NCBI GenBank assembly: GCA_043228905.1
Contig: JBHGNT010000003.1
Coordinates: 25,854,001 to 25,918,000, forward strand
Origin: Azolla caroliniana
Lineage: Eukaryota; Plantae; Polypodiophyta
Reading direction: 5' to 3'
DNA length: 64,000 nucleotides
Both the position numbers and the translations under genes were made by a program. Shown here one piece after another: positions 49,535-60,566 of this stretch. How positions within the stretch are numbered: position 1 is the first letter of the stretch; every line of letters begins with the position of its first letter. The notes beneath the pieces were generated by a model. The model did no database searches. It saw only the letters and a list, made by a program, of their open reading frames with translations, and was not told the origin of the DNA.

Positions 49535-51148
49535 TTATTGGGTAGTGTCTTCAGTACTCCCCCTCAAGCTTGGCAGGTCAGGGATCGTCAATCCGAGATT
49601 GGTCATGAATTGCCATAGCTTGTTGGCTCCTAAGGCTTTAGTGAAGATGTCGGCCGTTTGAAGATTGGTGCTAATGTGTTGTAGGTCGACATCGCCAACT
49701 AGAACGCGCTCTCGGATGAAGTGATAATGCACTTTGATGTGCTTTGTCCGCGCGTGGAATACCGGGTTCCGAGCCAGATAGATGCTGCTCATGTTGTCGT
49801 AATAAAGGGAAGTTGGATCCTTGATGGGTACGCCCAGATCCTTGAGTATCCTTTTGAGCCATACGGCTTCACGTGCGGCTATGACTGCGCCCCTGTATTC
49901 TGCCTCCGTACTCGAAAGAGCGACGGTAGGTTGCTTCTTGCTACTCCAGGATATTGCTCCGCTGCTGAGGGAGAAAACAAATCCGGAGGTTGATCTTCTA
50001 TCGGCTTTGTAGCCGGCCCAATCGGTGTCGGTGTACCCCTCGAGTCGTATTGGCATTGCGGTCTTGTAGAGGATGCCGCAATCCATTGTGCCGCTCACGT
50101 ATCGTAGAACTCGCTTAGCACAATCCAAGTGAGTATCACGCGGTGTTTGCATGAATTGGCTAAGGATACCAACCGGATAACTGAGATCGGGTCGGGTGAT
50201 CGTGAGGTAGATCAGACTCCCGATGAGTTGCCGATACTGAGTCGGCTCACACGCTTTGGTGCCGGAGTTCGCATCGAGTTTGAGATTACGATCGAGCGGG
50301 GTTACCACGAATTTGCACTCAGCCATCCCGAACTTGTATAACAAGTTGAGGATGTAGTGTCGTTGAGAGATCATGATTCCGGCCGGAGTCCGAATTACCT
50401 CGATGCCGAGGAAGTAGTGGAGCTCTTGCATGTCTGTCATCTCGAACTTGTCAGAAAGGAGGGATTTGACCTTATTGATTTCGACGAGATGCTCACCTCC
50501 AATGACTAGGTCATCCACATATAAGATGATGACGATTGAACTTGCGGAATTGCTTCGTATGTAGAGGGGGTTGTCCGATTTTGACATACGGAAGCTGATT
50601 TGATGAAGATATTGCGTTATCTTCAAATGCCAAGCACGCGGTGCTTGCTTGAGGCCGTAGAGTGGCTTCTTGAGTCGGCAAACAACATTCGGATGGGTGC
50701 TCGAGTTGAAGCCGAGTGGTTGGATCATGTACACCTCCTCTTCTAATTCGCCTTGTAGAAAGGCGTTCTTGATGTCCATTTGATGAAGGTGCCACCCTTT
50801 CGCCGCGGCAATCGCAATTACGGTCCGCACCATCGTCATCTTTGCCACCGGGGCAAAGGTCTCTTTGTAGTCGACACCATGCGTCTGAGCGTATCCTTTC
50901 GCTACGAGTCAAGCTTTGTAGCGGTTCATGGAGCCATCGACGTTATACTTCACCTTGTAGATCCATCTGCATCCGATCACCTTTTTGTGTGGTGAGGTGG
51001 GAACGAGATCCCACGTCTCGTTCTTCCGTAGTGCCTGCATCTCCTCGTTCATTGCTTCGATCCATCGCGGGTCCTTCGCGGCTTCTGAAAAGGTTTCCGG
51101 CTCCCGTACTATCGCTACCTTCATCATAAAGGCGTAATGGTACGCCAT
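49535..51148 (-). pseudogene. Copia-2 reverse transcriptase and RNase H
   Basis: EPETFSEA, WIYKVK..RYKA* (stop at 50909-50911), QMDIKNAFLQG, LYGLKQAPRAW, LYVDDL, SSTEAEY, RTKHI, ADIFTKAL. Confidence 0.92.
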
Positions 51149-52304
51149 ATAATCATTGTAGCCGAATCGGCTTATGGGGTTCTTTTCACGGGTGGATTGG
51201 CGGAGCTTTTCATTTGCAGAGATGAGGGCTTTCTTAGCTCCGATTGGTACCTCGAAACCGCCGAGTGAGTGAGTTGACTCATCGTTGTTGAAGCGATCGT
51301 CTTCGACATTTTCGCCTTGCCTTTGTCCATCTTCGGTCTAGGCTGTGATGTGCTTTGATCGCTCAAAGGCTCTTGTAGTCCGCTCAATCGGGTCGTGATT
51401 GGACTTTCTTCGAATATGCGCATAAGGCGATCTTCATCCTCGATCTCTTGTTCGGCGAATTCCGGATCGAGCGGAGTCGTAGTTGGAGTTGTCTCTGGTG
51501 CGTACCAAGATGCGGACTCGTCAAAAACGACGTCTTGACTTACTCGAGATTTTCGAGTTGAGGGGTTGTAACACTTGTACCCCTTTTGCTCTAGTGAGTA
51601 TCCTACGAGGATACATTTCTCCGACTTCGGGTCGAGCTTTTGACGCTTCTCGTCGGGGATGTGCACGTTGTCGTGAAGAAAACCGTCCACAAGCGGAATC
51701 GGTGCACCGGAGCGTAGGAACCGGCTCTTCATGAACGTACGCCTTATGTTGTACATAGAAGATCCTAGGTAGGTAGATTTAGTAGGTAGGAAGTTAATGG
51801 GGAAACGGCTGCTTCCTTGCCTATAAAAGAAGGGAGACGAGGAGGGGGTGGGGGATCGCGGAGAGTCGAGGACGAAGTGCTGTCGGTTTATGGGTCGGAG
51901 GTCTCCCTCTCTCTCGCTCGCAAACTCCGTAGCTTCTTGCTGTGCAGGTTTCGGGAGGCTCGTGCTGCTCTGAGGAATGCCCGAGTGCTTCCGGCAGCAC
52001 CTCCAACCTACTCTTTCCTTTCTGTGCGTTTACGAACAGGTATCGGCATCTGTTCGCCGGCCTGTTAGGTTGTAACCGACTTCGTGCTTCTTGTTGTTTG
52101 TTTGTTGATATATTTATTTACCTACATTCGTGTCTCTCTGTGTCGGTGTCCCACTCGCGTCTTTGTGTCGAAGGGCCGTGTCCCTGTGAAGCTACGCTCG
52201 CATGTAGTGGGTCCCCTCCCTTCTCCTTTCTCTCTTGCTCTTCGGTACAAGACCCCCGAGGTCCCGCCTCATTCCACGCATCCGCGAGGAATACCTCGAC
52301 ATCT

Positions 52305-52322
52305 TGGTGAATCCGACGTGAA
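52305..52322 (+). promoter_or_regulatory. Primer-binding site complementary to the tRNA-Trp 3' end
   Basis: TGGTGAATCCGACGTGAA, 3 nt after the 5' LTR. It pairs with the plant cytosolic tRNA-Trp 3' end as I recall it (UUCACGUCGGGUUCACCA), with one G-U pair. Confidence 0.75.
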
Positions 52323-52344
52323 AGAGGCGGCAGAAGAGCAGAAG

Positions 52345-54471
52345 ATGAAGGGGTCGGATCTTGCGGAGGCCATGGCTTCGGCCGTGGATCGGATATTGAG
52401 CGCACGCGAGGGCACCGGCGCCCTCGACAAAGCCATTGAGGTGGTCGTCGGTACGATCGGCCGGTTCAGCGGAAAGGATGCTACGAAGTATTTGGCGTCC
52501 TACGGGGCAGAAATGCTGATGCGGGACATCCCGGAAGAGAGTCGTCTTGCCGGGTTCCCTCGAGTGGCGATGCCGAGCATCCATGCGGAGGTGCTCGAGG
52601 TACGGGCGGAGAGCCGTACCTGGGAAGAGTTCGAAGGCCGACTCCTAGAAAAATACGGGCTGGACGACGCGCTCCAGCTTTCGAAACGGGACTTCATGGG
52701 ATGGGTGGAGTCCCCCGGCAAGGGAAGAAACGCGTCGGCACTCCTCCGGGAGTTTGAGGAACGCTTTGCGCGCCTTTTGGCGCTTGACCGAACCGTTCTG
52801 GATACGAGCCGGGTCCTACTGTTCGTCAAGTCGGTGGACGAGCGGGACCGGGATCAAGTCGGCTCCTTGCTGGAAACCGAAGACGGACTGACGACCGACT
52901 GGGCTGCGGTTAAGAGAGTCTGTGGCCGTTTCGACAAATGGCGAGAATGGGCTGACAACGGGACGACCGGTGCGGGCTCTGTCACAGCAGGGAGGCTTGA
53001 ACCGGCACCGCAAGGGCGAAGGGCAGAGACCCGGGAGTGGCTCGAAACCGGTCCGGCTTCGACCGGCATGGTCAATGACTCGTCCGGAGGAGCAACGCTG
53101 GAGGAGTTGACGCGGGCGATAAAGGATCTCTAGATCGCCCAGACTCGAAGGGAAGGCGGCGAACCGGCTCGTGACCGACGGCCGGCAGCAGGGAACACGT
53201 GCATGTGGTGCGACGAGGTCGGCCACATTCGGAAGGACTGCGGCGATTTCGCAGAGGCGTTGAGGAACCGGGTGGTGTACCTGTGGGAAGACCGGGTGCA
53301 CGCCGGCGACACCAGAAGGGCCCTAAACCGAAACGACGGGCGAGGAGGTATGAAGAGACAGATGGAAGAGGCAGCGGCCCGACACGTGGAGGCCATCCAC
53401 TACTCGGCGTTGGCCGGCATTCGGGTCGGGGGCAGCGAGGCCCGAAAGGAGAGCAAAGACGGATTCTGGTCGGCAATGCTGGAAGGCCTCGCCGGCGCAC
53501 GGTTGAGGAAAGATGAAGCGGACCGCGCTGAGTGACGGGTCCGTGAAGTAACCGGGTGGAGCGACCCAGTCGAGGAGAAGACGGGCTTCGTAGAAGCCGC
53601 CTGCCGGAACTACGAGGCTCTGGTAGAAGACAAACGAGTGGGGAAGGCCGGAGCGGCCGGGTCCTCACAACGGTACGAGACCCGATTCGGGCAACGACGG
53701 AACGAAGCCGGTGGGTCCAGCGCGCAAGATAACCCCAGGAAGGGCGGATACCGATCGGGGACGGAAATAGAAAGGACCACGGACCTACGAAAGGTCCTAG
53801 AAGAACGGATCCTCGACAACAAAGTGGAGCTGTCATTGCGGGAGGTGCTAGGGATCGCCAAGAAGGAGTTGCACGACTCCATTGTAGACTTGGTGAAACG
53901 GAAGAGGCTGTCGACGGAGACGGAACCGGAAAGACCGGTGGAGGTGCGGACGATGCACATCGACGACTTGGCGCTGGAAGACGAGTGGGCGGAGAGCCAC
54001 TATTCGAGGCCACACTGGGCCCGAGTGACCACGGAGACCCCGGTAAAGATCGGAGATGTTCAGGATCCGGTGGTGGCACTGGTGGACCACAGTTCGGAAA
54101 TAAACCTGATGTCCATGGACTTCTATAAGAAGGGAAAATGGCCGATCAACACCAAGCACGGGTGGAAGATACGGGCGGCGACGCGCGCCACCGAGGAACT
54201 GCACGGGGCCTGCCCGAATGTGCGAGTCAAGATCGGCGACGTCGAGATTGACCAACACTTCTTCGTGCTGGAGACGTCCTCGCATCCGGTCATATTAGGG
54301 GAACCATACATCACGGCGGCGAGAATGGAGACCAAAGTACTAGACAACGGTTCGGCCTACGCGAGGGTCAAAAGCCAGGACGGGCGCCATTTGGTCCAAT
54401 TTTTGACGGTGCGGCTGAACCACGAGCGAAACCGCGAGTCCCTCGGTGGCGAGAACCGGGAGGATTTTTAG
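52345..54471 (+). pseudogene. Gypsy ORF1: Gag, zinc knuckle and aspartic protease (two premature stops)
   Basis: One frame from ATG 52345; stops at 53131 (TAG) and 53533 (TGA); CMWCDEVGHIRKDC; protease ALVDHSSEINLM and VILGEPY; natural stop TAG at 54469-54471. Confidence 0.85.
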
Positions 54472-57400
54472 AGAGGGCTGCCAAGGCGTGGGGCCGAGAC
54501 AGTCCGGACACTCGGGAAAGATCCCACAGCTGTACGATAGAACCGAAACCGAAGAATCCTTGTACGATATGTAGAAAAATTTGCTTTTCCAACGACGGAG
54601 GGTGTATGATAGTCGGCATCATTGGCCGAGAAAAGGCAAGGGCGGAGGAGCGACTTCGAGCGTGTGGAGTTCTCGGCCCGGACGAGGAAATCAGCGGAGC
54701 CGTGGAGGCGGTCTCCTTCGACGACACCTTGGGGATGCTAAGGAAGGTAGCCGGAGAAGACCGTAACGAAGACCGGATGATACCGGTATGTTCCGAAGAG
54801 ATGTACGAAGTCATCGCGAACTTCAGTCAGGGGCTCGGGTCGGGTCGGACGGCCCGAGTTAGCACGAAGCACAAGACTGTGGACCGGAAGGTAAGGCCCG
54901 TCGCGGCACCCTTACCGGAGGGCAGCAAGTCCCGAATCAGAGGGGTTGCGTCGGACCTCAGTTTGTGAGATCCGGTCTGCATAGGACACACCTTCACCGA
55001 CGGGACGCTCCGGGAGCTCAAAATCGGTGGGGGCGGGTTCTTACTGCCGGCGGAGGAAGACCGGTTTCGGAGAATGCTCGGAAGGCACGGGAAAGCCTTC
55101 GCATTCTCATCAGAAGAGATCGGGTGCGTAGACCCAACAATCGTGGAGCCGATGGTGATATTCACGGTACCGCATGTACTGTGGAATCTCAAGCCGATTC
55201 CAGTACCAAGAGCTCACATCCCGAAGTTGATGGAGCTACTAAGGCAGAAAGTCGATATGGGCATTCTCGAACCGTCGAGTGCCCCATACTCGAACCGATG
55301 GTTTACCGTACCGAAGAAAAACGGCACATTGTGCTTCATTCAAGACCTGCAGCCGGTCAATAGAGTGACCATTCAGAACGCAGGAATCGGACCGACCATA
55401 GACGAGTTCGCGGAGGCCTTCGCCGGAAGGTCGATTTACTCAGTCGGTGATCTGTACTCGGGGTACGACCAGTTCCAGCTAGCCGTGGAGAGCAGAGACA
55501 TTACGACGATGCGAACTCCCCTCGGCCTAGTGCGAATGTGTACCCTGCCACAAGGAGGGACCAACTCGGTGGCCCACATGGTGAATGCAATGAACAAGGT
55601 ACTGAGGGATTGTATCCCAGACATCACCATGCCGTTTGTAGACGACATCCCGATCAAGGGGTGCCCGGTGGAAGAGAAGGACGAGACACTCGGGCCGGGC
55701 GGATGCCGGCGATTCGTGGCAACACACATCGACGACTGCGAGAGGGTGCTACAAAGGCTAGAGGATGCGAGGCTCACCTTCTCCGGGGAGAAATCGGCCT
55801 TCGGGCAATCAGAAATCCTGGTGGTCGGACACCTATGTGGACCATATGGCCGGAAGCCGTCTCTGGCAAAGGTAGAATCCATCTCCGCGATGAAGACCGA
55901 CTGTAGCTCGGTCACGGAAGTTCGGAGGTTCCTGGGGGCGTGCGCGTTCTACCACATATGGATCCCGCATTACGCCCACGTTGCGGAGCCGCTATACGAG
56001 TTGCTGAAGAAGGGGCGAAAATTCGAGTGGCGAGACGAGCACACGGAGTCGGTCCGGAAGCTGAAGGGAGCTCTTGCGGCAGCTCCGGCGCTCCGGAAGG
56101 CTGTCTACGAGAAGGGTACCCTGGTATACATAACGGTGGATACGAGCCCGACCGGGATCGGATGGGTCGTCAACCAAGAAGACAAGGACGACATTCGGTT
56201 CCCGATCCGATTCGGCGCGAAGGTCCTCAGTGAGCGACATCGAGGGTACGCCCAGGTTAAGCACGAGCTCTGGGGTATCGTTTCGGCAGTAAAGGCCGAC
56301 AAAGACTACCTGATCGGGACAGAAGTGGTTATCGAGACGGATTGCCTGCCAATTCTCGGCATGGTTTCTGGATGCGCGACACCGGACCTGGCGATGCTCA
56401 GGTGGATAGCGTACATCAAGTCCCTGGACCCAGAAATACGACACATTTCCGGAAAGGACAACGCCATGGCCGACATACTTTCGAGGGCGAGGTTTGATGA
56501 CGAGGGCGGCATGGTTTCGGAGGACGAAGAAGTCGGCGTGGACTTCTTCGAGGCAGCGTACGTGACGACCGATGGGACGAGCACTCCGGCGCTTAACGGC
56601 TTCGACGAGAGCAAGTATGACGGCGAGTGGCTGCAGATCGGTGGTTTCTTGAGGACAATGACGCCAGATGCGTCATGGACAAGGGACGAGATCAACCGGA
56701 TCCGGAAGAAAGCATACCGATTCTTTCTCTGGGACGGATACTTATGGAAGCACCCGAAGAAGAGGAACGGCGTCCCGCTCCGGGTGGTGGCGATGAAGGA
56801 AGAACAGGAGGAGCTGCTGACGGCTTACCACGACAGCCCTTGGGCTGGACACCGTGGAACGTGGGCCACGTTCGAGAAGATAAAGGGGAAGTACTGGTGG
56901 CCGGGACTGTACCGGGACGTGCATCGGTTCGTGACAACCTGCGAGAGCTGTCAGATGCACTCCATAGTCCGACATCGGGACGAGCTTCACCCTACGTACC
57001 CTCCGACCATCCACTTCAAATGGATGGTAGACTTGGTGACGATGTCGATGGGAGTAGGACAGATGCGGTATCTGGTCTTGGCTCGGGAAGATCTGACGAA
57101 CCAGGTGGAAGGCCGAGCCCTTCAGAACAAAACGACTGCGGCCGTATGTTGGTTCCTGATCGAGGACGTGATATGCCGGTACTGGTGCGTCGGGAAGATC
57201 GTGGCTGATCGCGGGGAGTTGGACGCCGAAGAGGCCGAGGAGCTGTTCGACCGGCTAGGAGTCAAGCTCTCGCTTACCACTGCGTACAATCCGGAGGCGA
57301 ATGGGAAGGTGGAGCGCGGACACGGACCGATCGTCAAGGCGTTAGTTCGGGCATGCGGAGGTCAAGTCGGGAACTGGCCGCGGCTGTTGCCTTACGCGTT

Positions 57401-57965
57401 GTGGGCTGACCGAACTACGCACAGTTCGGTGACCGAATTCATGCCGACAGAGCTCATGTTTGGGCAGAAGCCGATCATGCCGATGGAACGTACGATCTCC
57501 TCATGGGCAACCGTGGACTGGAGAGACGAGATGAGCCGGGAGGAACTGTTGGCGGCGCGCATACGACAGCTCGAGCGAAGGCCGGAGGACGTGGAGCAGG
57601 CTGTGGGAAAGCTTCGGGTGGCAAGGACGAGGAACAAAGCCCGGTTCGACCGAACGCACTGGCTCCGACCGAAGAAGATCGAGGAAGGCGACTGGGTGCT
57701 AGTCTACGACAGCAGCCTCGACAACCAGCACCGAGCGACATGAAAGTTCGCAAGAAGGTGGTTCGGGCCTTACGTGGTACAAAGCGCCAACGACAACGGG
57801 ACGTACCATCTAGCGGAACTCGACGGCACGAGAATGGCGATACCGGTAGCCGGGAAGCGGATCAAAGCGTTCAAGAAGCGTCACGACGACGAGCCGGATC
57901 TGGTTAACCTGGACCGCGACGACGAACGATCCGAAACCGAGGAAGAACCGACGGGCGGGGAATGA
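54462..57965 (+). pseudogene. Gypsy ORF2 (-1 frame): RT, RNase H, integrase (two premature stops)
   Basis: Frame open from the slippery site; stops at 54966 and 57741. RT YSNRWFTVPKK, DLYSGYDQ, LPQGGTNS, FVDDIPIKG; RH ITVDTSPTGIG; INT H-H-C-C, ADRGE, NGKVERGH, WFGPY. Confidence 0.9.
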
Positions 57966-58820
57966 AGGCTGGACCGGTTTTCTCTGTCCCAACTCAATTC
58001 GGCGTATGCCGAAGGATGAGCGGTTAGGTGGGGGCGGATGTTGTGAAGAAAACCGTCCACAAGCGGAATCGGTGCACCGGAGCGTAGGAACCGGCTCTTC
58101 ATGAATGTACGCCTTATGTTGTACATAGAAGATCCTAGGTAGGTAGATTCGGTAGGTAGGAAGTTAATGGGGAAACGGCTCCTTCCTTGCCTATAAAAGA
58201 AGGGAGACGAGGAGGGGGTGGGGGATCGCGGAGAGTCGAGGACGAAGTGCTGTCGGTTTGTGGGTCGGAGGTCTCCCTCTCTCTCGCTCGCAAACTCCGT
58301 AGCTTCTTGCTGTGCAGGTTTCGGGAGGCTCGTGCTGCTTTGAGGAATGCCCGAGTGCTTCCGGCAGCACCTCCAACCTACTCTTTCCTTTCTGTGCGTT
58401 TACGAACAGGTATCAACATCTGTTCGCCGGCCTGTTCGGTTGTAACCGACTTCGTGCTTCTTGTTGTTTGTTTGTTGATATATTTATTTACCTACATTCG
58501 TGTCTCTCTGTGTCGGTGTCCCACTCGCGTCTTTGTGTCGAAGGGTCGTGTCCCTGTGAAGCTACGCTCGCACGTAGTGGGTCCCCTTCCTTCTCCTTTC
58601 TCTCTTGCTCTTCGGTACAAGACCCTCGAGGTCCCGCCTCATTCCACGCATCCGCGAGGAATACCTCGACAACGTACGCAATGGAGCTGAATATCCGAAC
58701 ATGTGATAAGTTCGGCTTCTTTCCGAAATTTTTTTCGTGCGGAGTGACCTCGTGCACGCCGGATGTTGTGCACCAGTTCATTAGTTAGACGACCGTATTT
58801 GTAGGTTCGGCCCAATATGA

Positions 58821-59566
58821 TGACGGGAAGTCAATGCTCGGCCACAACCGAGCTTAGAATGATACACAGAAAACGGGAAATAAATCACGACACAAAGAAG
58901 AGGAAGATACACAGGAGGTTTACGTGGAAAACCCCAAACTAAGGGAAAAAACCACGGCAGCCCATAGGCTGCAAACTGTCACTATGTAAGAATGTACAAC
59001 AGTGAGTTCATTGAGGCAACGACCTCGTGCTCACAGATCTTCGCCACAGGCGGCGGTTACAACAGAGGCAACGACCTCTTTCTCTCTCTCTCTCTCTGTA
59101 CACTGTTATGTGCTCTCTCTTCTTCTTGCACCAACAAAATGACAACCACACCTTTACGTTTGCCCTAAGTCATATTTATACTAATATGACTTTTCGTCTA
59201 TTTACAAATATAGCCTCGATGGACTCTTAGAAACATATTTACCAATATGTCTCCTCATCCGGTTCATACCGGGTCTGCACCATCCGACTCTCCGTAGCCG
59301 GGTACTCCTCATCCGGTTCATACCTGGTCTGCACCATCCGGCTCTCCGTAGCTGGGTACTCCTCATCCGGTTCATACCGGGTCTGCACCATCTAGCTCTC
59401 CGTAGCCGGGTACTCCTCATCCAATTCATACCGGGTCTGCACCATCTGGCTCTCTGTAGTCGGGTACTCCTCATCCGGTTTAGGCCTCGGCCTATCGGCC
59501 TCGGCTGAGCTTGTTCATCAGCACTGTTCTTCTCCCTTCCCATCCGGAGGGACCTGTCTCCCAACA
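58821..59566 (-). mobile_element. Solo LTR (Copia-4-related family) inserted in the Copia-2 integrase
   Basis: TG...CA termini; 5-bp TSD TATGA (58816-58820 / 59567-59571), whose removal restores HMPKSY|WAE; reverse complement of the Copia-4 LTR 60567-61160. Confidence 0.9.
59251..59479. repeat. 54-bp minisatellite (4+ units) inside the solo LTR
   Basis: ctcctcatccggttcataccgggtctgcaccatccggctctccgtagccgggta units start at 59251, 59305, 59359, 59413, 59467. Confidence 0.92.
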
Positions 59567-60104
59567 TATGACTTGGGCATATGCTTCTCGTTCATCATGG
59601 CCCGCGCTACTTCGAGGATGTGCCGATTTTTGCGCTCGGCTACTCCGTTTTGTTGCGGAGTGTGTCTTCGTATTCCAACATTTTCGCCTTGCCACTCCGG
59701 CCCGAGCCGTTAAAACGCAACCGAATGCGGATATTGCGGAAAGCTCGGCCACCACGATGAAGCAACTGCCTTGATTAAATCGAACTTGGATCCCTTGCTC
59801 TACAATTTGGCCGACGAAGACCAAATTCTTCGTAATGGTCAGTACATGCAAGACATTTTTAATGTAATTTTGCTTACCTTCTTTTCTGAACGGAACATTG
59901 CCAATGTGCCGAATCGGGTGCGTAGTGTCGTCTCCGGTTTCGACATAGCCGGGTCGGTCCGGCTCTCGAAGTTCTCGGAACCATTCTTGATGCAATGTCA
60001 TATGGTTTGAGGCACCGGAATCGACGAACCATACGTCTTCCGGACCGGAGGCACTAGTTGAGGTAGCGGCCGACATAGAGTTTGCTCTATGTTTCATCAT
60101 GAAC

Positions 60105-60240
60105 ATTCCGCCACGGTCGGAGTTGTGCGCATACATTCCGCCACGATCTTCGTAGTTGGAGTTGTGCCCGTACATTTCGCCATGGTCGGAGTTGGGTGCA
60201 TACATTCTGCCACGATCTTCGTAGTCGGAGTTGTGTGCGT
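60105..60240. repeat. Coding tandem repeat in the Copia-2 gag-protease linker
   Basis: Minus frame encodes repeated MYAHNSD(YED)RGG units. Confidence 0.8.
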
Positions 60241-60566
60241 AATTCGTGAGTTGTCGGCTTGTGAAAGCCGATTCACGCATCTTCTTTCGGCACCTTCTTT
60301 CGGCACTCTTCTTCGTGGTGGCCGAGCTTTCCGCAATATCCGCATTCGGTTGCGTTTTGATGGCTCGGGCCAGAGTCGAAGCTCCCCCTTTTTGCAAAGG
60401 TTCCTCATTGGCCTTTGTTTTGCGGCTGAAATTGGGAGTTGTTGTCGTAGGTCGGACCTCGTCCGCCTTGTCCTTGGCCGAATCGGCCTCTTGCTCGTCC
60501 GCGTCCTCTTCCTCCATTAGAGTGCATGTAGAGCATGTGGCCTTCCGACTCATTGCTCCTTGTACG

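Larger units (their letters stand above)
51669..58671 (+). mobile_element. Full-length Ty3/Gypsy non-chromovirus LTR retrotransposon (Phygy/Selgy-like), nested in the Copia-2 integrase
   Basis: 633-bp LTRs 51669-52301 and 58039-58671 (TG..CA, roughly 2% different by eye); TSD ACGT (51665-51668 / 58672-58675), whose removal restores Copia IAYV|HIPDEKR; PBS 52305-52322; PPT ggtgggggcgga 58027-58038; order gag-PR-RT-RH-INT; no chromodomain seen. Confidence 0.95.
48718..60566 (-). mobile_element. Ty1/Copia (Copia-2), host of nested insertions; its 5' part lies beyond Copia-4, outside the window
   Basis: 3' LTR ~48718-49272 (left end partly duplicated, ~164-bp period); PPT 49273-49286; RT-RNase H 49535-51148; integrase pieces 51150-51668, 58672-58820, 59567-59680; protease WFVDSGASNHMT and CGYCGKLGHHEEEC knuckle 59760-60370; gag C-terminus to 60566. 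Confidence 0.88.

Noticed and set aside
52084-52344. N-terminal extension of Gypsy gag from the ORF track
   Set aside because: Lies in the LTR/PBS and starts at a non-ATG codon; the first plausible ATG is 52345.
59251-59479. Regular repeats resembling a CRISPR array
   Set aside because: Units are contiguous 54-bp repeats with no unique spacers, lie inside an LTR, and there are no cas genes; the DNA is eukaryotic.
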